A stretch of 64,000 bases of DNA from Candidatus Aminicenantes bacterium (GCA_011049545.1 DRHQ01000080.1:6679-70678), one strand, 5' to 3'. Positions 1-9,728 are shown, counted from the first letter of the stretch. Made by a program: numbers and translations. Notes: generated by a model not told the origin, from the letters alone.

Positions 1-2
1 AC

Positions 3-2552
3 AGAATCCTATACTTTTTATTATTTGGTTATTTTATTTTATCCTTTGTCTATATTATTTATACTGAAAACAGGGATAAGAATAATTTTTTCAATAAAAT
101 ATTCCCAGGATTTTTTTGTTTAATATTCCCATTTTTTTTCCAGTTAATAATACTTCGGTACCAGTATCTTTTCCTGTGGGACGATGCCGGGCAATACGTA
201 AGTATAGGTATAAATCTATTTTCAGGTTATGGTTTATCATCAGGTATAAGTGGAGCTTTAGGTGGAGCTTATTTCCCTTATTTACCTTTCTCTATATATC
301 AGTATTCTCATTATTTATCTTCAATTTTTTTTGGACTGTTTTGGGAAATATTTCATTCTCTAAAAGGAATAATGCTATCAGTAGTTTTGCTGGAAAGTAT
401 CAATTGTTTTTTATTATACAAAATATCTAAAAAACTATTTAAGTCCAATTTTTATTCAGCTGCTGCAAGTTTTTTATACTTCTCGATCGTATTATATATT
501 CTTCCTTTGAGAGAAAGTCTTCAGCCTATATATGATCAGCCTTTTTCCACTCTCGTATTCCTTCTGGTTTATTTATTGAACAAAGAATTTGTAACTCTTA
601 AAAAAGCTTTTCTTTTGGGCCTGCTCTTGGGAATTGGAGTTTTAATTAAAATAACCTCACTTTTTGTTCTTTTTATTTTAGTTTTGTCATTTCTTTTATA
701 TTTCCCAAAAAATCTAAAGCTTCGCCTGAAAACAGCCTTCTTGGCCACAGTTGGATTTCTTCTCTTTTTCATCCCTTATCAAATTTACTGCTTACAATCT
801 CGAGGGGAAGTTTTTCCAAGTAAACTGACTTCCTCATTCTATTCCCTTGATTACATACTAAAAAACAACAAGGCTGGCGACACACTGTTTTATAAAAAAA
901 AGGAAAATTTAATAAATGCTAAAGATACAAACGTTTTGAGTTCGAGTGAAAACATAGAAATACCAATAGTGATATCACCGATGGGGGATGAAGTAGTGGA
1001 AAGACGCCCAAGATTCCATTGGACTGAGGTCAAAGGAGCATCCAATTATGAAATAGAAATTACTACAGATGGAGGAGCATCAAAAATAGAAGATAATTAT
1101 TCTTATAAAACTATCTTATCATTAAATCATGATTTGCCGCATACGCGGCTCCGCTGGCGTGTAAGAGCTTGGAAAGATATGGCGACAGGAAAATGGTCTC
1201 CCTGGGCTTACTTCACTCCAGAAGATACATTAGAGCAGGCATATGTGATATCACCGAAGGATGATGATGTAGTGGAACGCTGCCCAAGATTCCACTGGGC
1301 TGAGGTCAAAGGAGCATCCAGTTATGAAATAGAAATTACCACGGACGGTGGAGCAAAAATAGAAGAATTCTATTCAAATAAAACAATCTTTGAAGCAAAT
1401 TATAATCTCCCTGATACCAGGCTCCGCTGGCGTGTGAGAGCAAGGAAAGACATGGCGACAGGAAAATGGTCCTCCTGGGCTTACTTCATTGCAGAAGATA
1501 CATTAGAGCAGGCATATGTGATATCACCGAAGGGGGATGAAGTAGTGGAACGACGCCCAAGATTCCACTGGACTGAGGTCAAAGGAGCATCCAATTATGA
1601 AATAGAGATTACTACAGATGGAGGAGCAAAAATAGAAGAATTCTATTCAAAAAAGATAACCAGGAAAGCAGGAAAAGATTTGCCAGCAATACGGTTCCGC
1701 TGGCGTGTGAGAGCAAGGAAAGATATGGCAACAGGAAAATGGTCCTCCTGGGCTTACTTCACTCCAAAAACACAAATAAAACATAAGTTATATTATCAAA
1801 TGTCATTTCCATACTTAGTAATTATAGTAATTTCGATTTTTTTATTCGCTCTGTACAGCATATTCAATAAGAAAATCCCAAGAAACTTTAGTATAATTTT
1901 TTTAATTGTTTTTATTATGCTATATTCATTATCTATTCTTTGGGCACAATATTTTAATATAGCAAAAATAAGGCACTTTTATTCTCCGATTACTCTCTCA
2001 ATCATAATTATTCTATTTGTATTAATAAATTTATTCAGAAATAAAACTAAAAATTCTCCGGAAATAAACTTAAATAGAATCAATATTAAAAAGAGTCATG
2101 TCTTATATTTTGTAATTCTTATTATCTCAACCATATTTCTTTGGAGGAATGTCAATAGCAACTGTCGGTTTATCAGTGATAAATGGATATATAAGAATCA
2201 AATTTTTGGAGGCTATGAAAGACTAAGTATATCTAATCTCATTGAATGGATAAAACAAAATACAAAAAAAGATGACCTTATTGCTTTTCAATATGATGAT
2301 GTTGGGGAAATCCATGTTCTTACTGAAAGACCATTTGTTATTTTTCGGAAGGCCCCTAATCGCACTTATGAATCATTAATCAAATTTATAGAATATTATA
2401 AACCTCAATATATCATTATCCATAATGAACATTTTAGTCTCTCCCCATTAAAGTTTAATGAAACGATTGAAAAAGCATGCATCGATTTAAACTACACTCC
2501 TCTAGATATTATAGATCGCCATAAAATATGGAATCTCAAACAAGATATCTAG
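3..2552 (+). CDS. GT-C-type (PMT/ArnT-like) polytopic membrane glycosyltransferase-like protein with three internal Fn3-like repeats; 5' end off-window
   Basis: The frame of the listed 372..2552 ORF stays open back to nt 3 (my translation: ...LRYQYLFLWDDAGQYVSIGINLFSGYGLSSG...), so the listed ATG is probably internal. Blocks of hydrophobic helices lie before and after the repeats. The acidic WDDAGQY loop resembles the first-loop acidic motif of GT-C enzymes. Family call is from motif memory only. Confidence 0.55.
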   Translation, partial: RILYFLLFGYFILSFVYIIYTENRDKNNFFNKIFPGFFCLIFPFFFQLIILRYQYLFLWDDAGQYVSIGINLFSGYGLSSGISGALGGAYFPYLPFSIYQYSHYLSSIFFGLFWEIFHSLKGIMLSVVLLESINCFLLYKISKKLFKSNFYSAAASFLYFSIVLYILPLRESLQPIYDQPFSTLVFLLVYLLNKEFVTLKKAFLLGLLLGIGVLIKITSLFVLFILVLSFLLYFPKNLKLRLKTAFLATVGFLLFFIPYQIYCLQSRGEVFPSKLTSSFYSLDYILKNNKAGDTLFYKKKENLINAKDTNVLSSSENIEIPIVISPMGDEVVERRPRFHWTEVKGASNYEIEITTDGGASKIEDNYSYKTILSLNHDLPHTRLRWRVRAWKDMATGKWSPWAYFTPEDTLEQAYVISPKDDDVVERCPRFHWAEVKGASSYEIEITTDGGAKIEEFYSNKTIFEANYNLPDTRLRWRVRARKDMATGKWSSWAYFIAEDTLEQAYVISPKGDEVVERRPRFHWTEVKGASNYEIEITTDGGAKIEEFYSKKITRKAGKDLPAIRFRWRVRARKDMATGKWSSWAYFTPKTQIKHKLYYQMSFPYLVIIVISIFLFALYSIFNKKIPRNFSIIFLIVFIMLYSLSILWAQYFNIAKIRHFYSPITLSIIIILFVLINLFRNKTKNSPEINLNRINIKKSHVLYFVILIISTIFLWRNVNSNCRFISDKWIYKNQIFGGYERLSISNLIEWIKQNTKKDDLIAFQYDDVGEIHVLTERPFVIFRKAPNRTYESLIKFIEYYKPQYIIIHNEHFSLSPLKFNETIEKACIDLNYTPLDIIDRHKIWNLKQDI
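969..1766 (+). repeat. In-frame tandem repeat, 3 units (starts 969, 1245, 1518; periods 276 and 273 nt)
   Basis: Each unit encodes VISP.GDEVVER.PRFHW.EVKGAS.YEIEITTDGGA...RLRWRVRA.KDMATGKWS.WAYF. Units are near-identical at nucleotide level except for a central patch. Confidence 0.9.
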
Positions 2553-2639
2553 ACTTGTTACGCCCAATTTAAAAAGGGAAACTTTCCCTTGAAATTTCAG
2601 GTAAATTAATTTAGTTTAATACCTAAAAAGGTGCGAACC

Positions 2640-3638
2640 ATGGATGAAAACGAAATTGAATTAATGAATTTCTTAAATATTATCTGGAAAAGAAAATGGC
2701 TTATCATACTCCCTACTTTCTTGTTAGTCATTGCATCTGGTGTAATTAGCTTCCTTTTACCTCCGACGTGGCAAATTGATGCCATAATTGAGCCGAGCAA
2801 ATTTATTGTCAGGACTGAAGCTGGGCAATTTGAGGAGGTTGTAGTCGTGGACCCCAAACAAATATCAGGACAGATTAATGAAGCTTCCTATAATAATACA
2901 ATTGCCGCTGAATTGAACCTGGATATAAGAAAATTTCCGGAATTGAAGGCAGAGAACCTTATAGATACAAATTTGGTGCTGGTATCCATAAGAGAAAACG
3001 ATGTTGAAAAAGCAAAATTAATCCTCCATTCGCTTCTCAACCATTTAAAAAGTGAATTAGATAAAAAAGTGAATATTGAATTAAAAGAGGTTGATTCGCA
3101 GATAAAATCAAGGCAAATAGAAAATTCGAGAATAGAGGAAGAAATCAAGATAAATAAGAATAAGCTTAATATTATTAAACAAAGAAAAAAAGAGATTGAA
3201 AAAGAAGTGAGTGACATAGGAAAAAAAGTTGTATCGCTAGAAAAAGAACAACGTTTGAGCTTAAAGAAAGAAAATAGGAGCGAATCGGAAAGTTTAGCTA
3301 TGCTCCTTTATTCCAATGAAATTCAACAAAGCTTACAATATCATAGTGAATTAACTGAGCTACTAAGCAGTAAAAGAATAGAAGAAGAGAATATAAATTT
3401 GAAAATAGAGAATAAGGAAGAGAGAAGAAATCAGCTAGAAAACGAAATTGGCAATCTAGAAGAAAAAAAAGGAAGAATAGATTATGCTAAATTCATTAAA
3501 GAGCCAACATCTTCTCTGTGGCCTGTAGCTCCCAATAAGAAACTCAATGTCCTGATTGCCGGCATGTTCAGCCTCCTGATCTTCACAATACTTGCCTTCT
3601 TCCTCGAATTTCTCGAAAAGCAAAAAGTGAAAAGTTGA
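2640..3638 (+). CDS. wzz: Wzz-type polysaccharide co-polymerase (chain-length determinant), paralog 1
   Basis: N-terminal TM (LNIIWKRKWLIILPTFLLVIASGVISFLLPP), a long charged coiled-coil, and a C-terminal TM (LIAGMFSLLIFTILAFF). ATG 2640 is preferred over the listed GTG 2631 because the paralog at 32328 starts MDEYE at the aligned position. Confidence 0.8.
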   Translation: MDENEIELMNFLNIIWKRKWLIILPTFLLVIASGVISFLLPPTWQIDAIIEPSKFIVRTEAGQFEEVVVVDPKQISGQINEASYNNTIAAELNLDIRKFPELKAENLIDTNLVLVSIRENDVEKAKLILHSLLNHLKSELDKKVNIELKEVDSQIKSRQIENSRIEEEIKINKNKLNIIKQRKKEIEKEVSDIGKKVVSLEKEQRLSLKKENRSESESLAMLLYSNEIQQSLQYHSELTELLSSKRIEEENINLKIENKEERRNQLENEIGNLEEKKGRIDYAKFIKEPTSSLWPVAPNKKLNVLIAGMFSLLIFTILAFFLEFLEKQKVKS

Positions 3639-3735
3639 GAGAAAATGAATATAAATCCGCCCTTCAAATCTCTATGTTCGAAACTTTCCAGGATTCAAAA
3701 TAGAAATCTCTACTATATAAACTAATCGCTATAAC

Positions 3736-3747
3736 GGCGGTAGCATT
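3736..3747 (+). promoter_or_regulatory. ops-like motif GGCGGTAGCATT in the untranslated leader of the biosynthetic operon
   Basis: Matches 11 of 12 positions of the enterobacterial ops consensus GGCGGTAGnnTG. It is on the sense strand, about 165 nt upstream of the ATG at 3910, in a 270-nt non-coding gap. Confidence 0.35.
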
Positions 3748-3909
3748 TCAAAAATGATTAATTCTTTGTCATTGAGTTACTCTGAGTTTTCGTAGTATTT
3801 TACAGGTGAATACTGAATTTGAGATAAATTTATAAAATTAGCTGTTAGACTTTTTTCTTGGTCACAGCTCATAAAATGTTTACATGTTAGAATTAGGAGT
3901 GGCACAAAA

Positions 3910-5490
3910 ATGAATAAAAATATTGCAGTTATAGGGTGTGGGTATTGGGGGAAAAACCTTGTTCGGAATTTCTATGAATTAAATTCACTTAATGCAATTT
4001 GCGATGTTGAAGGAAAAAGACTGAAATCGTTCAAAGAAAAACATCCTGATTTAGCTGTGTATAATGACTATAAAACGCTATTAAAAAAACCTGAAATCGA
4101 TGCTGTTGTTATAGCCACACCTGCTGCAACCCATTATGCAGTTGTCAAGGAAGCCCTTTTAGCAAATAAAGATATATTCGTAGAAAAGCCTATTGCTCTG
4201 TATTATAAAGAAGGCAAGGAATTAGTTTCATTAGCTGAAGAAAAAGATAAAATTCTTATGGTGGGGCACATTCTTGAATATCATCCTGCTGTAATTAAAT
4301 TGAAAAAAATGATTAATAAAGGAGAATTGGGAAAAATCAACTATATATATTCAAATCGCTTGAATCTAGGAAAAATCAGAACAGAAGAAAACATTCTCTG
4401 GAGTTTTGCTCCTCACGATATATCTGTAATTATTGGACTATTAGATGAAATGCCTGAAGAAGTTTCCGCCCATGGGGGGAATTATCTTAATCCGAATATT
4501 GCTGATGTAACTGTCACTACTATGAATTTCCCCAGTGGAGCCAAATCTCATATTTTTGTAAGCTGGCTTCATCCCTATAAAGAACAGAAGTTGGTAATTA
4601 TTGGCGATAAAAAAATGATTATGTTTGATGACGTTAATCCTAAGGATAAGCTGTTTTCATACAGTCATAAAATCGACTGGATTGAAAGACTTCCAGTTCC
4701 TCGCCCGGAGGAAGCTCAACCCCTAAAGATTGAGGAAAAAGAACCACTTAAATCAGAGTGTGAACATTTTATCGACTGTATCACGTCAAGAAAAACTCCC
4801 ATAACAGATGGCAATAGTGGCCTCAGAGTGCTTAAAATATTGGAGGCATGTCAACAATCTCTTAAAGAAAACGGAAAAGTTTATCGGTTTACATATGAAA
4901 CTAGTAAGAAATACTTCGTTCATGATACTTCAATTGTGGACGAAAATGTTGAGATCGGAGAGGGCACGAAAATATGGCATTTTTCTCATATTTTGAAGAA
5001 CACAAAAATGGGAAATAACTGCAATATTGGACAAAATGTAGTCATTGGACCAAATGTTACGATTGGCGGTAATGTTAAAATTCAAAACAATGTCTCTGTA
5101 TACGAAGGTGTAATTTTGGAAGACGATGTTTTCTGCGGCCCCTCGATGGTCTTTACAAACGTTATAAATCCTCGAAGTCACTGGCCTCGAAAAGATGAAT
5201 ACAAAAAAACCCTGGTGAAAAAAGGGGCATCTTTAGGAGCCAATTCAACCATACTCTGTGGAACTACAATAGGACAGTACGCATTTATTGGAGCTGGGGC
5301 GGTGATAAATAAAGAAGTGCCTGATTACGCACTAGTTCATGGAGTTCCAGCCAGAATTCAAGGTTGGATGTGCTATTGTGGAACAAAACTTAGCTTATCA
5401 AACTCTATTGACTCCAAAGAAAAGGCAGAGTGCAGTACATGTAAGAGGAAATACAAAAAAGAAGGGCTAAATGTTTATAAGATATCGTAA
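3910..5490 (+). CDS. Fusion: Gfo/Idh/MocA-type sugar-nucleotide dehydrogenase (N-half) + left-handed beta-helix N-acetyltransferase (C-half) with Cys-rich tail
   Basis: Rossmann start [17 protein letters not shown] and VEKP motif. The C-half has hexapeptide repeats ([43 protein letters not shown]). The tail carries CYCG...CSTC. Confidence 0.8.
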   Translation: MNKNIAVIGCGYWGKNLVRNFYELNSLNAICDVEGKRLKSFKEKHPDLAVYNDYKTLLKKPEIDAVVIATPAATHYAVVKEALLANKDIFVEKPIALYYKEGKELVSLAEEKDKILMVGHILEYHPAVIKLKKMINKGELGKINYIYSNRLNLGKIRTEENILWSFAPHDISVIIGLLDEMPEEVSAHGGNYLNPNIADVTVTTMNFPSGAKSHIFVSWLHPYKEQKLVIIGDKKMIMFDDVNPKDKLFSYSHKIDWIERLPVPRPEEAQPLKIEEKEPLKSECEHFIDCITSRKTPITDGNSGLRVLKILEACQQSLKENGKVYRFTYETSKKYFVHDTSIVDENVEIGEGTKIWHFSHILKNTKMGNNCNIGQNVVIGPNVTIGGNVKIQNNVSVYEGVILEDDVFCGPSMVFTNVINPRSHWPRKDEYKKTLVKKGASLGANSTILCGTTIGQYAFIGAGAVINKEVPDYALVHGVPARIQGWMCYCGTKLSLSNSIDSKEKAECSTCKRKYKKEGLNVYKIS

Positions 5491-5558
5491 AAGGAGGAAA
5501 TTTCTGCACAACTTTAAGTCACCTGCAATAACATTCAACTCATAGAAAATTACAGAAT

Positions 5559-6548
5559 ATGAAGGTCTTATTCATAGGTTTAGGTTCAATCGGCAAGCGT
5601 CATTTACGTCTCTTAAATGAGACTAGGAGTGTTGAAAATATTTGCTGGAGAAGTGGCGAAGCAAGATATTCAAATGAATTTGATGCAAAATATAATATTA
5701 AAGTATTTAAAGATCTAGGTCAGGCAATACAGGAAAATCCTGATTTTGCTATTATCGCGAATCCCACTGCTCTTCATGTTGAGACTGCGACAGCCATAGC
5801 TCAAGCTGAGATACCCTTCCTAATAGAAAAACCGGTATCAGATCGACTTGAGGGGATTGAAGCGCTGAAGAAAATTGTTCAGGATAAGAATCTACCCGTT
5901 ATGGTTGGCTTTCAGATGCGTCATCATCCTGGATACAAGGAACTTATAAAATTAATCAAATCCGGAAAGATTGGCCAACCTCTAAATTTCCAGGGTTATG
6001 TGGGACAGTATCTTCCTGATTGGCGTCCAGATGCCGATTACCGGGAAAGCTACTCCGCCAGAAAGAATTTAGGAGGTGGAGTTATTTTGGACTTATGCCA
6101 CGAAATTGACATTGCCATTTCTATTCTAGGTCAGGCTGACAAAGTGAGCTGTATATGTGGTCATTATTCTGACCTGGAAATCGAGACCGAGGATATGGCC
6201 GATATTACATTAGAGCACAAGGGCAACCGTTTGAGTCACATGCATTTGAACTACCTTGAAAGGAACTACGAATGGTTTACCCGCGTGATGGGCACTTTAG
6301 GGACTATCATCTGGGATTATGGAAGAGGGTATCTGGAAATCATACAGACTGACGGAACAACGAAACGTTGGAACGACCCTGATGGATTTGAAAGGGACTG
6401 GCTTTACAGAGAACAAATAAAACAATGGCTTGAAGTTCTGGAGGGGAAAAAGGCTCCTTTAGTTGATCTTGATGTCGGAATCGCTGTAACTCAGGTTGCA
6501 CTAGCTGCAAAACGTTCATCAGAAGAAAAACGACATATAGAGCTATGA
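5559..6548 (+). CDS. Gfo/Idh/MocA family oxidoreductase
   Basis: MKVLFIGLGSIGKRHLRLL Rossmann start and EKP motif (LIEKPVS). Stop overlaps the next start (ATGA). Confidence 0.8.
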   Translation: MKVLFIGLGSIGKRHLRLLNETRSVENICWRSGEARYSNEFDAKYNIKVFKDLGQAIQENPDFAIIANPTALHVETATAIAQAEIPFLIEKPVSDRLEGIEALKKIVQDKNLPVMVGFQMRHHPGYKELIKLIKSGKIGQPLNFQGYVGQYLPDWRPDADYRESYSARKNLGGGVILDLCHEIDIAISILGQADKVSCICGHYSDLEIETEDMADITLEHKGNRLSHMHLNYLERNYEWFTRVMGTLGTIIWDYGRGYLEIIQTDGTTKRWNDPDGFERDWLYREQIKQWLEVLEGKKAPLVDLDVGIAVTQVALAAKRSSEEKRHIEL

Positions 6549-6854
6549 TAAACAAAGATAAAATGGTTCTCGGTGTGATTCCCGCACGTGGAGGATCAAA
6601 AGGAGTTCCTGGAAAAAATATCCGAATGATCCTTGATAAACCGTTGATTGCTTACGCTATTGAATGCGGTTTATGACTTAAATACTGTAGTTTGGATCTA
6701 TTCCAGAAGGGCTCTTATGGAGGAAAAAGCACGAATCCCAAAGAGGACACTCCTGTATTTAGTGCCGCCTGAAAGAGCCATCGACATCGACACCGAGCTT
6801 GACTTTAAAATGCTTGAGTTTATGATACGATACAATAAATCACTTCAGGCTTAG
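6545..6854 (+). pseudogene. neuA: Remnant of acylneuraminate (CMP-nonulosonate) cytidylyltransferase, NeuA/LegF family, internally deleted and in two frames
   Basis: 6545..6676 encodes MINKDKMVLGVIPARGGSKGVPGKNIRMILDKPLIAYAIECGL then a stop. A different frame to 6854 encodes ...IYSRRALMEEKARIPKRTLLYLVPPERAIDIDTELDFKMLEFMI. These are N- and C-terminal signatures of a ~230-aa family, but only ~100 codons remain. Confidence 0.75.
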
Positions 6855-6865
6855 AGGGTAATTTC

Positions 6866-7726
6866 ATGAATACTAAAGAGTATAAAAAAATTAAACCTTT
6901 GGAAAAACCAGAAAATATTTTCGATTTAAAAGACAGGGTTGCGGTCATTGTTGGTGGTGCTGGCAAGATGGGGCAGCAGTTTGCGCGGACATTAGGCTTT
7001 GCAGGAGCAAAAGTAGTTATAGCTGATAAAAATGAAGAAAAATGTAAGAAACTAGCAGAAGTAATAACTACTCTTACGAATTCTCAGTTAATGGGGTATA
7101 AATGTGACGTAACTAAGGAGAAGCAAATTCAAGCGCTGTTCAAGGGTGTTTATAATAAATATGGAAAAATAGATATCTTAATTTATAATGTAATGGCAAA
7201 ACCTGAGGGATATTACAGGCCTTTCAAGGATTATCTAGCTAGGACATGGAAGGAAGTGCTGGACAGCAATCTAACAGGAGCTTTTTTATGTTGCCGAGAA
7301 GCTGCAAATTATATGAAAAAATCTAAGGAAGGAGCAGTGGTTTTAACTTCGTCCACGTATGGATTGGTAGGACCTGACCAGAGGATTTACAAGAACTGTT
7401 CTCCCAAAAAAAATATCTATGGGGGAACTGATCCTTTAAATTGTCCAGCATCCTATTCGGTATCCAAAGCAGGACTGTCAGGTTTAGCCAGATATCTGGC
7501 GACTTTGTGGGGAGAATTCAATATTAGAGTGAATTTACTTACTCCGGGAGGCGTGTACGATGGCCAGGAAGAATCATTTCATAAAGAATATGTAGATCGT
7601 ACTCCTTCAGGGAGAATGGCTGTCTGGTCTGATTATAACGGAGCAATACTCTTCTTGGTAAGTGATGCTTCTCGGTATATGACAGGTACCAATCTAATAA
7701 TAGATGGAGGTTGGACTGCATGGTAA
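6866..7726 (+). CDS. Short-chain dehydrogenase/reductase (SDR) family oxidoreductase
   Basis: VIVGGAGKMGQQFA glycine motif and YSVSKAG catalytic YxxxK. Confidence 0.85.
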   Translation: MNTKEYKKIKPLEKPENIFDLKDRVAVIVGGAGKMGQQFARTLGFAGAKVVIADKNEEKCKKLAEVITTLTNSQLMGYKCDVTKEKQIQALFKGVYNKYGKIDILIYNVMAKPEGYYRPFKDYLARTWKEVLDSNLTGAFLCCREAANYMKKSKEGAVVLTSSTYGLVGPDQRIYKNCSPKKNIYGGTDPLNCPASYSVSKAGLSGLARYLATLWGEFNIRVNLLTPGGVYDGQEESFHKEYVDRTPSGRMAVWSDYNGAILFLVSDASRYMTGTNLIIDGGWTAW

Positions 7727-7748
7727 TGGCGAATAGGAGGACTTAATA

Positions 7749-8783
7749 ATGAAAGAAATACAAATTGGACAGAGAAAAATCGGACCGAAATATCCACCTT
7801 TCGTCATAGCTGAGGTGGGAATCAATCATGAGGGCGAATTGGAAAAAGCCATTCAAATGGTGGATGCTGCCTCTGCTGCAGGAGCCGACTGCGTGAAATT
7901 TCAATGCCATATTACAGAGAAAGAAATGATTCCAACAGATATGAAGCCTGGAAAGATATCTGAGGAGCGATTGTGGGATATTATTAAACGATGTGAACTT
8001 ACTGAGGATGAAGAGAAACATGTAAAAAAATATTGTGAAGAAAAAGAAATAATTTATCTCTGTACTCCTTTCTCCAGGGAAGCAGCAGATCGTTTACAAT
8101 CTTTGAATATCCCAGCTTTTAAAATTGGTTCTGGAGAGTGCAACAATATTCCTTTACTTAAGCATATTGCTAAAATGAGCAAACCAATAATCTTATCTAC
8201 CGGAATGAACGACATAGAGTCAATAAGAAGATCTGTAGATGCAATTCAACAATTTGATTGCCCTCTCATGCTTATGCACTGTACCTCGATGTATCCAACA
8301 CCTTACGACAAAGTCCGGTTAGGGGCAATTAATGAGTTGCAGAATGCTTTCAATTTACCAGTTGGTCTAAGTGACCATTCTATTGGAATCTATACATCTC
8401 TCGGTGCTGTTGCGCTCGGGGCATGTGCAGTAGAGAAGCATTTTACAATCAGTCGGCAGTGGCCAGGACCAGATGTACCTATTTCTATAGAGCCTTCTGA
8501 ACTGGAGGAATTGGTCAAAGGATCAAAGGCCATCTTCTCTGCTTTAGGAGGACATAAGACTATTTTGCCGGAAGAAAAACCTGTCATTGACTTTGCCTAC
8601 GCCTCTGTTGTTACAATAGCTCCGATTAAGTCAGGAGAAACATTTACTTTGGAAAATACTTGGGTAAAGAGACCAGGTACTGGTCCCATTTTGGCTCGCT
8701 ATTTAGATAAGGTGCTGGGTAAAAGAACAACAATAGACTTGGAGAAGGATCATCAGGTCAAGCCAAATGATATTGAAAACTAG
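7749..8783 (+). CDS. neuB: Nonulosonic acid synthase (NeuB/LegI/PseI family) with C-terminal SAF domain
   Basis: PPFVIAEVGINHEGELEKAIQMVDAASAAGADCVKFQ, plus LSDHS and a SAF-like C-terminus. Confidence 0.9.
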   Translation: MKEIQIGQRKIGPKYPPFVIAEVGINHEGELEKAIQMVDAASAAGADCVKFQCHITEKEMIPTDMKPGKISEERLWDIIKRCELTEDEEKHVKKYCEEKEIIYLCTPFSREAADRLQSLNIPAFKIGSGECNNIPLLKHIAKMSKPIILSTGMNDIESIRRSVDAIQQFDCPLMLMHCTSMYPTPYDKVRLGAINELQNAFNLPVGLSDHSIGIYTSLGAVALGACAVEKHFTISRQWPGPDVPISIEPSELEELVKGSKAIFSALGGHKTILPEEKPVIDFAYASVVTIAPIKSGETFTLENTWVKRPGTGPILARYLDKVLGKRTTIDLEKDHQVKPNDIEN

Positions 8784-9726
8784 TAATCTATCTGAATATA
8801 AGATCCTTGTCACAGGCGCCAGTGGATTCTTAGGCCGACAATTAGTAAAAACTCTTCTGGCTAATAGAGCATCAGTGGTCGGGATAGACTGTAATCCGCC
8901 TCCAAGCTCATATGATAAAGCAATCGAAAATGAGTCTTTTCGATTTGTCCTTGGCAACTTTCAAGACAAAGTAGACGAGGCACTATCCCAATTTATCTCA
9001 CTCAAAAAAAAGAAAGGTGCTGTCTTTCATATGGCTGGGATAGCCCATACAGAAGAGTGTGGAAAGAACCCAATAAGAGCTTTTGAATCCAATGTTTTAT
9101 TGACAGTTCAGGTCTTGGAGTTTTGTATAAAGAATAAGATAAACAGATTTGTCTTCCCATCAACCGGGCTTGTTTATGGCGATCAAGGTGGAAGACCTTC
9201 AAGAGAGCAAAACCCTTCCATTGCTCAAAATATCTATTCGGCTACAAAACTATCCGCCGAATCAATAATTCAAGGTTATGCTAATAGCTTTGGATTGAAT
9301 TGCATTATTGCTCGCTTGAGTAATGTCTACGACTCAGACGTTCATCCAGCCACAGTCGTGGGGACAATTCTAAAGCAGGTAAAAAATGGTGGGAAAATTG
9401 CTGTCCGTAGCCTGGCCCCTATAAGAGATTTTATATATATCGATGATGTAATTGAAGGTTTCATTAGGCTTTTTGTTTCAATAGATAAGGCTGGATGTTA
9501 TATTGTTAATTTATCAACAGGAATTGGGTCATCTGTCCAAGAGCTTGCAGAAACAGCATGCAAGGCTGCTTCTATTCCGATTGATAGAATTCAATCAAAG
9601 GAAGAGTTAGAGTCTTTGAAGTCAATGCTGGTTCTTGATAATAGCCTTCTTGTCAAGCTTACCGGATGGAGACCAAGGTATAATCTATCTGAAGGATTAC
9701 GCTTAATATTGAAGGATCTTGTTTAA
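8767..9726 (+). CDS. NAD-dependent epimerase/dehydratase family protein
   Basis: ILVTGASGFLGRQL Rossmann motif and YSATKLSAE (YxxxK). Confidence 0.8.
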   Translation: MILKTSNLSEYKILVTGASGFLGRQLVKTLLANRASVVGIDCNPPPSSYDKAIENESFRFVLGNFQDKVDEALSQFISLKKKKGAVFHMAGIAHTEECGKNPIRAFESNVLLTVQVLEFCIKNKINRFVFPSTGLVYGDQGGRPSREQNPSIAQNIYSATKLSAESIIQGYANSFGLNCIIARLSNVYDSDVHPATVVGTILKQVKNGGKIAVRSLAPIRDFIYIDDVIEGFIRLFVSIDKAGCYIVNLSTGIGSSVQELAETACKAASIPIDRIQSKEELESLKSMLVLDNSLLVKLTGWRPRYNLSEGLRLILKDLV

Positions 9727-9728
9727 AA

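Noticed and set aside
116-430. Listed 104-aa ORF at the left edge.
   Set aside because: It is an alternative frame of the GT-C-like gene, whose own frame is open from nt 3.
2574-2590. The hairpin AAGGGAAACTTTCCCTT after the GT-C-like gene could be a terminator.
   Set aside because: It has a short A/T-rich stem and no following T-run. Evidence is too weak to annotate.
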